DNA of 64,000 nucleotides. Origin: an uncultured Planctomycetaceae bacterium (lineage in GTDB: Bacteria > Planctomycetota > Planctomycetia > Planctomycetales > Planctomycetaceae). Of the stretch, positions 43,002 through 54,477 are shown one piece after another. Each line of letters opens with the position of its first letter. Positions within the stretch are counted from its first letter, which is position 1. The notes under the pieces were generated by a model. The model made no database searches. It saw nothing but the letters and a program-made list of their open reading frames with translations, and was not told the origin of the DNA. The stretch spans positions 320,001-384,000 of the forward strand of contig CAWFAK010000005.1 of NCBI GenBank assembly GCA_963813715.1, in the 5' to 3' direction. Both the position numbers and the translations under genes were made by a program.

Positions 43002-44140
43002 ATGAGCGTTTCGACCCAAACAAATCCGTCCAATAATTCGCGCTCCAATCGCGCGAGAGCGGCCTGGATCGCGGCAGGAACGGCTGTCGTCGTGGTCGTG
43101 GCTGCGGTGGCTTTTCAGTTCCTGCGGCCCCGCGAAGGAGCGGCCGGGGAAAACGCGCCCGGAAACGGGCCGCGCTGCGGTGAACTCGGGCATCAGCAAA
43201 CAGCCGCTGGCCCGCGTCAACGGCGAACTGATCGCCTACGACACGGTGGCCGCCGAGTGCATGCAGCGCTACGGTGGGGAAGTTCTGGAAAGCTTCATCA
43301 ACCGCACCATCATCCATCAAGCCTGCGCCCGGCAGGGCATTGAGATCCGCGAGGACGAAGTTCGCGAAGAGATCGTCAAGATCGCCAAGAAATTCGACAT
43401 CGATCCGCAGAACTGGCTCCGCGTGATTCAGACCGAGCGGCACATGAGCCCGCTGCAATACGAGCAGGACGTGATCTGGCCCATGCTGGCTCTCAAGCGC
43501 TTGGCTGGCCAGGACGTTCAGGTGAACGAAGAAGAACTGCAGAAGATCTTCGTCCGCGACTACGGCGAACGGGTCAAGGCCCGCATGATCCTCTGCGACA
43601 AGCTGCACCGGGCGCAAGAGGCCTGGAACATGGTCAAGAACGATCCCCAGAACTTCGGCAAGATCGCCCGCGAGAAGTCGATCGATCCGACGAGCAAGTC
43701 GCTCGACGGACAGATTCAGCCGATCCGCCGCTTTGCCGGCAACGACAATCTCGAGCGGGAAGCGTTCAAGCTGAAGGATGGCGAGATCTCGGGAATCATC
43801 GACGTCAGCACGCCGGAAGCGCCGCGCTACGTCATCGTGCTCTGCGAAGGGCGCACGGTGCCCATCGTCAAGAACTCTCGATGATCCGGGCATTCGCAAA
43901 GAGGTCGTCAACCAGCTGACCGAAGAAAAGACACAAGTCGCCGTGGCCAAGGTCTTCGAGAAGCTCAAGAAGGATGCCCAAGTCGACAACTTCCTGTCCA
44001 ACACCTCCACGCGGGGCGTGATGCAAGCAGGCGGCACCTCCGAGGGCCGCGAGCGCGTGAGCCGCGCCGGCGGATATCGCACCCAAGGCGGAGCCATTGG
44101 CACCATCAACCGCTCCGCCGAAGCCGACGGCCAACAGTAA
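43002..44140 (+). CDS. Parvulin-type peptidyl-prolyl isomerase (PrsA/SurA-like), membrane anchored; apparent frameshifts at ~43170 and ~43878
   Basis: N-terminal [42 protein letters not shown]. Confidence 0.82.
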
Positions 44141-44232
44141 CGGCACGGGCCCGGGACTATCCGAGACGGCCGTGTCCGGACGTCCGCATTCGGACTTTCC
44201 GTCTCGACGACCGACGGTCTGCGAGTCGATTC

Positions 44233-44274
44233 AAGGCGGCGTGCTTTCCTCAGGGACTGCACGCCGCCTTTTTT
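44233..44274 (+). terminator. Rho-independent terminator after the PPIase gene
   Basis: AAGGCGGCGTGC ... GCACGCCGCCTT stem followed by a T-tract. Confidence 0.75.
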
Positions 44275-44409
44275 ACCACCGGGATTTGTCGTCCGCTTTT
44301 TGCGGTCCGTTTCGGCCCTGCTAGAATCGAGGGCGTCCGGGCAGAATTTGTTCCCTCGCGCCGCCTGCCACGCCACGCAACTTCTTCTTTAGCGGAATCG
44401 AACGCTCCG

Positions 44410-45648
44410 ATGCGCAGCGAAACCGAAGTCCCCTTCGAGGACAAGCCGTTCCGAATCAAGGTGGCCGACCGAGTCAACCGGCTGCCGCCCTACATGTTCG
44501 GCAAGATCAACAAGCTGAAGTACCAGAAGCGCGCGGCCGGGGTCGACGTGATCGACCTGGGGATGGGCAACCCGACCGACGCACCCGATCCCTTGATCGT
44601 GGACAAACTCTCCGAGGCGCTCGCCGATTCGCGGAATCATCGCTACTCGGTTTCCAACGGCATCGAGAATCTTCGCAAGGAGGTTTCGGCTCGCTATTGG
44701 AAGAAGTACGGCGTCCGCCTGGCTCCCGATACCGAAGTCATTGCCTGCATCGGCTCGAAGGAAGGGTTCAGCCACATGTGCCTGGCCCTGCTCGGTCCGG
44801 GGGACACGGCCATTGTGCCTGCCCCGTCGTTTCCGATTCACGTCTACGCCGTCATGCTCGCCTCGGGCAACGTGATCGCGCTCGACGTGCGGAACCCCGA
44901 GCGGTTTTTGCAGAACGTCGCCTACACCTGTGAGCACCTCTATCCGAAGCCCAAGGTGGTCGTCGTCAATTTTCCGCACAATCCGAGCACCACGGTCATC
45001 GAGCAGGACTTTTATGTCGAACTGGTGGCGCTCGCCAAGAAGTACGGCTTTCTGGTCATCAGCGACTTCGCCTACGCCGACATTTGCTTTGAAGGCTATC
45101 AGGCTCCCAGCTTTCTAGCCGTGCCGGGTGCGATCGACGTCGGCGTCGAGTTCACGACGATGAGCAAAGGCTACAGCATGGCCGGTTGGCGGATCGGTTT
45201 CTGCAGCGGCAACGCGGAGATGGTCCGGGCACTGGCCACCATCAAAGGGTATTACGACTACGGCATCTTCCAGCCGATTCAAATCGCCGCCATCGTCGCC
45301 ATGCGGCACTGCGATGCGGCCGTCGAGAGCGTGGCTTCCGAATATCAGCAGCGACGCGACGTGCTTTGCGAGGGACTGCAACGAAGTGGTTGGGAGCTCG
45401 AGGTGCCCAAGGCCGGGATGTTCGTCTGGGCCAAAATCCCCGAGCCGTGGGCCAAGATGGGCTCGATCGACTTCTCGCTGATGCTGCTCGACAAGGGGGG
45501 CGTCGCCGTCAGCCCGGGCCGCGGCTTTGGAGACGAGGGCGAAGGCTACCTGCGGCTGGCTATCGTCGAGAACAGCCAGCGATTGCGGCAGGCCGTTCGC
45601 CAAATTCAGCGGTGCCTCAAGAGCGAGCCGGTTCAGGTTGGTGAGTGA
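44410..45648 (+). CDS. alaC: Class I/II PLP aminotransferase, AlaC-like (LL-DAP aminotransferase not excluded)
   Basis: [60 protein letters not shown]. Confidence 0.8.
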   Translation: MRSETEVPFEDKPFRIKVADRVNRLPPYMFGKINKLKYQKRAAGVDVIDLGMGNPTDAPDPLIVDKLSEALADSRNHRYSVSNGIENLRKEVSARYWKKYGVRLAPDTEVIACIGSKEGFSHMCLALLGPGDTAIVPAPSFPIHVYAVMLASGNVIALDVRNPERFLQNVAYTCEHLYPKPKVVVVNFPHNPSTTVIEQDFYVELVALAKKYGFLVISDFAYADICFEGYQAPSFLAVPGAIDVGVEFTTMSKGYSMAGWRIGFCSGNAEMVRALATIKGYYDYGIFQPIQIAAIVAMRHCDAAVESVASEYQQRRDVLCEGLQRSGWELEVPKAGMFVWAKIPEPWAKMGSIDFSLMLLDKGGVAVSPGRGFGDEGEGYLRLAIVENSQRLRQAVRQIQRCLKSEPVQVGE

Positions 45649-46777
45649 GCCGTTTCGGCGCGGAGCCAGCAGATTGTCGTGTTGCTGACGGCCTCAATGT
45701 CCAGCGGCCGACTCGGCATGCACGGCGCGGCTGCCGGCTGGATGCGATCGAGAAACTGCCTTGATCGCCGCGCCATACGGCTCGCGGGCCACGTATTGAA
45801 CGTCGTTGTGCCCGGTGCCCTGGCAGGACGACAAACGTCTTCGGGATCGAATTGGCCGAGACCGCCGGAGCCGCGTCGAATAGGCGCTTCCCGGACTCGA
45901 ACGGCACGATTGTGTCGACGTTCCCATGCACGACGAGCACCGGGCAAGTCACCTTGGCGATGCGCTCGGCCGAGGGAAACCGGTCGATCAAGAACAGCTT
46001 CACGGGCAGCCACGGATAGTGGCAGGAGGCCACCTCGGCCAGACTGGCGAACGTCGATCGCAGGATCAGTCCGCCCGGCGGAGTGCCGGCCTGCGAAAGT
46101 TCCGACGCCAGCCGCGAGGCCACGCCGCCACCCAACGACTCGCCGAGCAGCACCACCTGCGACGGCTTAACGTGTCGCGTCGTGGTCACGAACTTCCACA
46201 CCGCCTGGGCGTCGGCCGCGAAGTTTTCTTCGCTCGGTTTGCCCGGATTGTCGCCATAGCCTCGATAGTCGACGAGAATGGCGTCCGCGCCCAACCGCGA
46301 CAACTGATCCAGCTCGATGGCCCGGTAGCCGCGGTGGCCGGCGTTGCCCGGAAAATAGATCACCGTCGGACGGTCCGCAGATCCACCGTTAGCTGATCCA
46401 CCATTCGCCGAACCGCTGTGATCGGCATCGCGGGACGCGGCGAACGCCTTTACGCACCAGCCGTTGAGCTGCATGCCGTCCGCAGTGGGGACGTGGATCT
46501 CTTCGACGCGGCCCGCACCCAGCCCGCTGTACTGTGGGTCGATCACCTCTGCTCGCGTCGGCTGGTAGATCAGATAACGTTGAAAGAGAGCCAGCATCAC
46601 CAAAATGATAAGGTACCAGTAGACGATCCGTCTGCCGATCCAGCCCATTTTTGAGCGGACGGTTTTGCCCTTAGGAATGGGGACGCACAGCCGCAACACC
46701 CCGGAGGAGATGCGTCGGCCGATCGAACGCGGCTGATCCGTGTTGTCACTCGGTGCAAGAGGCTGCGAAGCGACCAT
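45633..46777 (-). CDS. Alpha/beta hydrolase (ABHD13/BEM46-like), N-terminal TM; C-terminal apparent frameshifts, stop uncertain
   Basis: YFPGNAG, DYRGYG, GESLGG nucleophile elbow, [15 protein letters not shown]. Confidence 0.85.
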
Positions 46778-46855
46778 AGTGGACCTCGACACGCTTTACG
46801 GTATTCGCCCGCAACCTGGCCCGCTTACGTTCATTCCTTTAACTTTCCCGGCACG

Positions 46856-47680
46856 ATGCAAATTATCCCCGTCCTCGATCTGCTCGGGTCGCAAGTCGTT
46901 CGTGGCGTCGCCGGTCGCCGTGATCAGTATCGGCCCCTCGAAAGTCGTCTGGTCGCAGGAAGCGATCCGTTGACCGTCGCGACAGCGATCCGGGGCGCTT
47001 TCGACCTCTGCCATTTCTATGTGGCCGACCTCGATGCGATCCTGTCCCGGCCGCCGAATCGGTCAATTCTGCGGGAGTTATCCGCGAACGGCTTTTCGCT
47101 CCTGGTCGACGCGGGCATTCGTCACAGTGCCGACGCCGAGCCGATTTTCGACCTCGGCGTCGATTGTGTCGTCGCGGGGCTTGAAACCCTCCAGAGCCCG
47201 AAAGAGCTGGCGCACCTTATTGAGAGACACGGCTCGGGGCGAATTTTGTTCAGCCTGGATCTGCGCAACGGCCGGCCGATCGCCTCATCCTCCGCCTGGC
47301 CGATGGCCGAGCCCTTCGAGATCGCCCGCTTGGCGATTGAAGCCGGCTGCCGGCAGCTGATCGTGCTCGACATTGCCGGCGTGGGGACCGGCGGGGGCGT
47401 CTCCACGCTGACTCTCTGCAAGCAGATTCGCCAGGCATTTCCAGGGGTGACCCTCTTCACCGGAGGCGGCGTCCGCGACGCTCGGGATTTGCAGACACTC
47501 GTTCACGCGGGAATCGACGGCGCGCTCGTCGCGTCGGCGCTGCACGACGGCTCGATCACGCCGAGCGACCTGGCGATGCTACCAATGCCAACAATCCCGG
47601 TCGCTCAGGCCAACAGCGACTCGACCACTTCGGCATTCGTCACGGGCGAATCGGTCAGCGAGTCGTCGCGGCCGTCGTGA
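46856..47680 (+). CDS. HisA/HisF-related TIM-barrel protein (type linked to C1 cofactor biosynthesis)
   Basis: IIPVLDL..VVRGVAGRRDQYRP, YVADLDAI, VDAG, FSLDL, LDIAGVGTGGG, GGGVR, ALVASALHDG. Confidence 0.8.
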   Translation: MQIIPVLDLLGSQVVRGVAGRRDQYRPLESRLVAGSDPLTVATAIRGAFDLCHFYVADLDAILSRPPNRSILRELSANGFSLLVDAGIRHSADAEPIFDLGVDCVVAGLETLQSPKELAHLIERHGSGRILFSLDLRNGRPIASSSAWPMAEPFEIARLAIEAGCRQLIVLDIAGVGTGGGVSTLTLCKQIRQAFPGVTLFTGGGVRDARDLQTLVHAGIDGALVASALHDGSITPSDLAMLPMPTIPVAQANSDSTTSAFVTGESVSESSRPS

Positions 47681-49046
47681 GGATACGTAAGCCGTTCGTG
47701 GTCGAGACCCAAGGCCGCGAGGAGTGTGGCGTGCAAGTCGTGCACGCGGACGATATCGCGCACCGACTCGTAACCGAAGTCGTCCGTCGCTCCGTGCACA
47801 TAGCCACGTTTGAAGCCGCCACCGGCCAGCCAGAGCGAAAATGCCCGGCGGTTGTGATCGCGACCGTCGTTGCCCTGCGAGACCGGTTGGCGTCCGAACT
47901 CGCCCGTCCAGAGCACGATCGTCGAATCGAGCAGGCCCCGTTGCTGGAGGTCTCGCACGAGCGCCGCGCTGGGCCCGTCGGTCTTCGCGCACAGCCCGAC
48001 GAGCGTCTTCGCGTTGTTGGCGTGCGTGTCCCAGGGTTGGCCGCTCAAGAAGACCTGCACGAACCGCACGCCGCGCTCCACCAGCCGCCGCGCGATCAGG
48101 CAGCGCCGGCCGTAATCTTCCGTCGCCGGTTGATCGAGCCCGTAGAGCGACTGCGTGGCCTTCGATTCCTGGGATACGTCGAGCGCCTCGGGCACGGCCG
48201 ATTGCATCTTCGCGGCCAGCTCATAGTTGGTGATCCGCGCTTCCAGCTCCGAGTTGGCCGGATTGCGACGGAGATGTTCGGCGTTGAGCGTTCGGAGAAA
48301 TTCGAGCTGCCGCTGCTCGTGCTGCGGGGACGATTTCCGGCGGCGTCTGCAGGTGCAACACGGGCGAACCGGCGGGGCGGAAAGCCGTCCCCTGATAGAC
48401 GGCCGGAAGGTAACCGGCGCTCCAATTCTTCGTGCCGTCGACCGGCAGCCCGCCCGGATCGCCCAGGACGACGTACGCCGGCAGCTCTTCCCGCATCGAT
48501 CCCAGGCCGTACACTACCCACGAGCCGAGGCTCGGCTTGCCTGCGAAGAAAGTGCCGGAGTGGATCAGCCGCAGCGCCGATTCGTGATCGACCGACGTCG
48601 TCGTCATCGAACGGACGAGAGTCAATTCGTCGGCGACGGCTCCGGTGTGCGGCAACAATCTCCGAGAGCTCCATGCCGCACTCGCCGCGTTTCTTGAACT
48701 TGAAGGGCGATCCCAACAGGTTCGTGGACGCGTGGGCGAAGTGGACCTCCACCTTGCCGGGATACGGTTCGCCGCTGTGCCGCGAAAGCTGCGGCTTGAC
48801 GTCGAACAGATCCATCTGGCTCGGACCGCCGTGCTGAAACAGGCAGATGACCGATTTCGCCCGCCCCGGATTGTGCGGCGGAACGGAAGCCAGCGGGTCT
48901 TTGCGCTGACTGCCGGCAGCGAACGCCTCCCGCTGCAGGAGATGCGCCAGCGCCAGCCCACCGATGCCTCCGCAGTAGTCGGCCAGAAAGGCTCGACGGT
49001 TGACCGCGAACGGATTCGGCATTTTGTCGCTGGCTCGCTCATTCAT
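47605..49046 (-). CDS. DUF1501 protein, Tat-exported; apparent frameshifts at ~48660 and ~48320
   Basis: [48 protein letters not shown]. Confidence 0.9.
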
Positions 49047-49056
49047 CGGCAGGCCT

Positions 49057-51888
49057 TCACTCGACGTACAAAAATGCGTTGCTGGCCAAGAGCATCTGGC
49101 AGAAATCACGCCACGCCGATTCTTCGTTCGCAGAATAGCTCGCCGTTTGCTGCGCGAGGAACTGCGATGACGCGGCCTGTTCCGCGGCCGTCGGCGCGCG
49201 GCCGAACGCGACCGTGATCGCGCGGCGGATTCGCGCCTCGGTTGCGGAGCCGGTTTCGGCGAGCCAGACGGGGCGGCCGGTGACCGACGCGCGGCTGCGG
49301 CGAACGCCACGGCCCGCGCCCGGACAAAGCTCGAATTGAGCAGGGCCAGCGACTGCAGCGGGACCGTCGACGTGCCGCGCACCGGGCAGTTGTTGACGAT
49401 GGTCGGCGCGTCGAACAGCTCGAGCAGGGAATTGACCTGCGTCCGCCGCTGCTGCAGATACAGGCTGCGGCGGTGGGCTCCCTCCTGGTCCTCGCGGACA
49501 ACAACGGCCCCTTCCTCGTCGCGGTTGCACATGACGTAGGGGCCGTACATTTTTTCCGCCATCTCTCCCGAGACGCACAGCATCGAATCGCGGACGGCCT
49601 CGGCGTCGAGCCGCGCGAGTGGGAATCTCCACAGCAGGCGGTCATCGGGATCGAGGGCCGCGCCCGGCCCATTTGCGGCGCTGGCCTGGCGATACGTTGC
49701 CGACAGCACGATCAAACGGTGCAGGTGCTTGACGCTCCAGCCGCTGGCGCGAAATTCGTCGGCCAGATATTCGAGCAGGGCGGGATGCGTCGGTCGCGAC
49801 CCGGAAAGTCCGAAATTGTCCGGAGTGGCGACGATCCCCGTGCCGAAGTGTTGTTGCCAAATGCGATTGACCATCACTCGGGCCAGCAGAGCGGCCGCCC
49901 GCGATTGCGGCTCGGTGAGCCAGCGGGCAAACGCCAGCCGTCGTCCCGAAGAGGTCGAGCCTGGATAGGGCACGTTCATACGCAGCTCGGCCGGCCCGTC
50001 GCTCAATACTCTCAGAGCTGCGGGAACAACGGCTTCGCCAGGGTCGGTGTAACTGCCCCGCTTCAAAACGTGCAACGCGGTCGGATTCTGCACGACGTCG
50101 GTCACGCAGGCCAGCTCGCCCGGCTTGGCGAGCCGTTGGGAGTCGAGCTCGTTGAGCAGTTTTCGCAGCCGTCGCGCACGACGGGCGGCGTTGGTGTTAT
50201 AGGCGACGAATTGCGGCGCGGGCGAACCATCGGCCGGGTTCGAGCTCTCCATGAGCACGTCGCTGACGATGAAGCTGCGGCCGCAGCAGTACTCAAAACC
50301 GAACGCCCCGTCGGGCAAGTCGGCGGCGTCGATCGTGACGGCATTCTTTTCCGTCATGAGGTCGACGACTTGCTCAATCCGCAGCTTCTGGTTGCCGACG
50401 TTCGTCACGCGGACGCCGTAGCGATGTCCGGCCCGATAGCCCGACTCGCCAATCTCGCCGATCGCGCGCGAATGCGGACCCGGATAGGCGATGTTCAGGG
50501 CCGCTTTGCCCGCGGGGTTGCCGTCCAAAAGCACGTTGCCCGTCGAGCGGCGGATTCCCTTCGCGTCGGCCGTTTGCGCGGCGATGAAGAAGGCGACCCG
50601 TTCGGCAGGCGGCGAACCGCCGATCCGATCGGCCACCAGGTTGAAGGAGGCTTGGATCCACTCGCCTTCGCGGCGCGGCCTCCAGTTGAATGTCTTGCGA
50701 GTGACGAGCCAGCGATCGCCGCTGTTGGACTCATGAATGCGGAGCGTTCCCTTCTCAATCGAGGCAGCGGGAGCCTTTGCGGTATCCACGGCGACGGCAC
50801 CGATCGCTCCGGGAAGATTCGATTCGGGAGTCGGGCTCCACCAGGACTCGCTGAGTCGGCCCGGCGATTTGAATTCGTCATGGAAAAGGATCGCCTCGGG
50901 CGGGCGGTGCGACTCGACCCAGCTCGCATAGACCTGGACGGCCCGGGCTTTCTCGACGTCGATTTGATGTTCGTGCGATCGCCAGACCACGGCTTCGTCG
51001 CCCGCCGGCATCTCGCGGACGCGGTCTTTGGGCTTGATCCAGTGCTCGGCGTCGTAGGCGGGAAACGCCGGGTAGAAAATCGACTCCAGCTGGTAATACT
51101 CGGCGGCGGTGATCGGCTCGAACTTGTGCGCGTGGCAGCGGCAGCACTGAATCGTGACGCCCAGCAGCGAGTTCATCGTGAGCTGCAGCGTCCCGTGCAA
51201 CACGGTCGCCCGATCGACCCGCACCTCGTCGGGGTTGCCGTCGCTCTCGCTCGATCCATCCTGGCCGTTTCGCAAAAAGTGGGTCGCCGTGAACTGATCC
51301 ACAATGTCGCGGGTGAGGGGCTGGCCGGGCATGATAGCCGGAAAGCTCGTCGCCCGCCAACTGCTCGCGGACGAACTGATCGAAGGGCCGATCACTGTTG
51401 AATGACCGAATCACGTAGTCGCGGTACTTGTAGGCCAGCGGCCGATCGCTGTCGGCGTTGAAGTAGCCGTTCGAATCGGCGTAGCCGGCCACGTCGAGCC
51501 AGTACTTGCCCCAGCGTTCGCCATAATGCGGCGAGGCGAGCAGCCGCTCGACCAAGCGAGAGTAGGCATCGGGTGCGGGGTCGGCGATGAACCGCGCGAC
51601 CTCGTCCGGCTTCGGCGGCAGGCCCGTCAGGTCAAAGGAGAGCCGTCGCAGCAGGGTCGCCCGGTCGGCCTCCGGATTCAGCGACAGCTTCTTCTGCTCG
51701 AGTGCTTGGAGCACGAACGCATCGACGGGCGAACGGGTCACCGCCGCACGCTCGAGGCGAGGGATTGCCGGCCGCACCAGCGGGCGGAACGCCCAGTGAT
51801 TTCGGGGATCCGCGTCGGCTCCCCGCACAGCCGCGATCGCGGAGGCGAACAACAGGGCCGACGTCAGAACTCGCTGCAGCGCTCGCAT
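49057..51888 (-). CDS. DUF1549/DUF1553 protein with inserted beta-rich domain; apparent frameshifts at ~51330 and ~49290
   Basis: [63 protein letters not shown]. Confidence 0.9.
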
Positions 51889-52077
51889 GCGAAAAAGACC
51901 TCAATCCATAAAGGATTGCTTATTAGAGTAGCAACCGGGGAGAAGCCTGGGAACTTTTCGGCATCCCGTCACAGATCGGAGGGCGACGGAACCGCTCGTG
52001 CGGGCCGGGTGAACGGGCATCTGCCGGGTCGACTCGGTAGAATGGAAGCGTCGATTCCCGCCGCTTCGAGACCCGCC

Positions 52078-54462
52078 ATGAAAGCCTGCCGGCCCCTCCT
52101 GCCGCTCGTATTGCCGTCGCTCCTGGCAATGACGGCTCTGGGCACGCCCGCACTGGCAGAGGCCGACCCGGGAGCTGAGACGACGGCCCGGTCTGTCGAC
52201 TTCAACCGCGATGTGCGGCCCATCCTGTCGAAAAACTGCTTCGCCTGCCACGGGGCGGACGAACAGCACCGCGAAGGCGGCCTGCGACTCGATCTGCGGG
52301 GCGACGCCATCAAACCGCTGGCGGACGGAAAAACGGCCATCGTCCCCGGCCACACGGACCGGAGCGAACTCGTTCGCCGCATCACGTCCACGGACGCCGA
52401 CGAGCGGATGCCCCCCGCCAACGCCAACAGCACGCTCACCGACGATCAGCGGCGAATTCTCACACAATGGATTCGTGAGGGAGCCGGCTACACCCGGCAC
52501 TGGTCCTTCGAGAAGCCCGTGCGCCCGCAGCTGCCGCGACTGGCTGCAATCGCCGGACGGCCGGAATGGCCGGCCAACCCCGTCGATCTCTTTATTGGCG
52601 TGAAGCTGCAGTCGGCCGGTCTGGCCCCCTCGCCACCGGCCGATCCCTACACGTTGATTCGGCGACTCAGTCTCGATTTGCGCGGCTTGCCGCCGACTCC
52701 GGCCGAGGTCGAGGAGTTCGTCCGCGACTCTAATCCCAGCGCCTACGAACGTCTCGTCGATCGAATGCTGGCCGACCCGGCGTTCGGTGAGCGGTGCGCA
52801 CGTCCCTGGCTCGACCTGGCCCGCTACGCCGACTCGGCCGGTTACGCCTCGGACCCGCTGCGGACGATCTGGCTCTATCGCGATTGGGTGATCGACGCGT
52901 TCAACGCGAACACGCCGTTCGACCAATTTACGATCGAGCAGCTGGCGGGCGACCTGTTGCCCCGGCCGACGAACGAGCAGCTCGTGGCCACCGCCTTCAA
53001 TCGCAACACGATGACGAACACGGAGGGGGGAACCGACGACGAAGAGTTCCGCGTGGCGGCCGTGAAAGATCGCGTCGACACGACGATGGACGTCTGGATG
53101 GGACTCACCATCGGCTGTGCCAAGTGCCACAGCCATAAGTTCGACCCGATCACACAAGCCGAGTACTACCGGTTCTTCGCCCTCTTCAACCAGACGGCCG
53201 ACAACGATCAGCCGAGCGAATCGCCGACGTTGTCCTTCCCGTCGCCCGAGACGGCCCGACAGCGCGCGACCGTCGATGCTCAAATTGCGTTGCTCAAAAA
53301 GCGGGTCGGCTCGCAGAAGGATCCCAAGCTCGCCGCACGCATCGCCAAGCTGGCCCGTTCTCGCGCCAAGGATCCCAGCGTCCCCGTGATGCAGGAATTG
53401 CCGCGGGAGAAGCATCGGCAAACCAACGTGATGGTCAAAGGCAACTTCCTCGTCCCGGCCGAGGCCGTCGAGCCGGGCGTGCCGGCGTTTTTCGGCTCGC
53501 TGCCCAAGCAGGCACCGGCCGATCGCCTGGCGATGGCCCGATGGATCGTGGATCGCGAAAATCCGCTCACCGCGCGCGTCGCCGTCAATCGACTGTGGTC
53601 GCAAGTTTTCGGCCAGGGAATCGTCGAGACCGAAGAGGATTTTGGGACGCAGGGCCGGGCGCCCAGCCATCCGGAGTTGCTCGATTATCTCGCCGTCGAA
53701 TATCGGGACCACGGCTGGAACACCAAGGCGCTCATTCGCCTGCTCGTCACCTCGGCCACTTATCGGCAGTCGAGCCGCGAGACGCCGGAAGCCCTGCAAA
53801 AAGATCCCGGCAATCGCCTTTACGGTCGGGCGCCGCGGTTTCGCCTGGAGGCGGAGATCGTTCGCGATCAGGCGTTGGCCCTCTCGGGGCTGTTGAGCCA
53901 GAAAATGAAGGGCCCCTCGGTCTTTCCGCCGCAGCCGCCCGGACTTTGGCGGGCCGCATTTAACGGCGATCGCACCTGGCCGACGAGCCCCGGAGCCGAC
54001 GCGCATCGCCGCGGGCTCTACACGTTTTGGCGGCGGACGATTCCCTATCCGTCGATGAGCACGTTCGATGCCCCCAGCCGCGAGGTTTGCTCGGTCCGCC
54101 GCGTGCGCACCAACACGCCCCTGCAAGCCTTCGTCACGCTCAACGATCCGGTGTACGTCGAGGCGGCGCAAGCCCTCTCGCGGCGGATCATGACAGAAGG
54201 CGGCCATTCGCCCCGCGACCGCTGCCAATTCGCACTGCGGCTCTGCCTGGCTCGGCCGCCCCTGGTCGAGCAGGTCGCGGAGCTCGAGTCGCTGCTGCTC
54301 GACGAGCGGCGGCACTATCAGGCCGATCCCCGCGCGGCGCGAATGCTGGCGGGCGGTCCCCAGGGCCAGCTGCCGCCCGGATTGGACGTAGCCGACCTCG
54401 CGGCGTGGACCGTCGTCGCCAACGTGCTGTTGAATCTCGACGGCGTGCTGACCAAGGGCTGA
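52078..54462 (+). CDS. Planctomycete cytochrome c (PSCyt1) + DUF1549 + DUF1553 protein
   Basis: VDFNRDVRPILSKNCFACHG, ERMPP, CAKCHSHKFD, NPLTARVAVNRLW, TNTPLQA, LLNLDG. Confidence 0.93.
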   Translation: MKACRPLLPLVLPSLLAMTALGTPALAEADPGAETTARSVDFNRDVRPILSKNCFACHGADEQHREGGLRLDLRGDAIKPLADGKTAIVPGHTDRSELVRRITSTDADERMPPANANSTLTDDQRRILTQWIREGAGYTRHWSFEKPVRPQLPRLAAIAGRPEWPANPVDLFIGVKLQSAGLAPSPPADPYTLIRRLSLDLRGLPPTPAEVEEFVRDSNPSAYERLVDRMLADPAFGERCARPWLDLARYADSAGYASDPLRTIWLYRDWVIDAFNANTPFDQFTIEQLAGDLLPRPTNEQLVATAFNRNTMTNTEGGTDDEEFRVAAVKDRVDTTMDVWMGLTIGCAKCHSHKFDPITQAEYYRFFALFNQTADNDQPSESPTLSFPSPETARQRATVDAQIALLKKRVGSQKDPKLAARIAKLARSRAKDPSVPVMQELPREKHRQTNVMVKGNFLVPAEAVEPGVPAFFGSLPKQAPADRLAMARWIVDRENPLTARVAVNRLWSQVFGQGIVETEEDFGTQGRAPSHPELLDYLAVEYRDHGWNTKALIRLLVTSATYRQSSRETPEALQKDPGNRLYGRAPRFRLEAEIVRDQALALSGLLSQKMKGPSVFPPQPPGLWRAAFNGDRTWPTSPGADAHRRGLYTFWRRTIPYPSMSTFDAPSREVCSVRRVRTNTPLQAFVTLNDPVYVEAAQALSRRIMTEGGHSPRDRCQFALRLCLARPPLVEQVAELESLLLDERRHYQADPRAARMLAGGPQGQLPPGLDVADLAAWTVVANVLLNLDGVLTKG

Positions 54463-54477
54463 CGAAAGCGGCAAACG

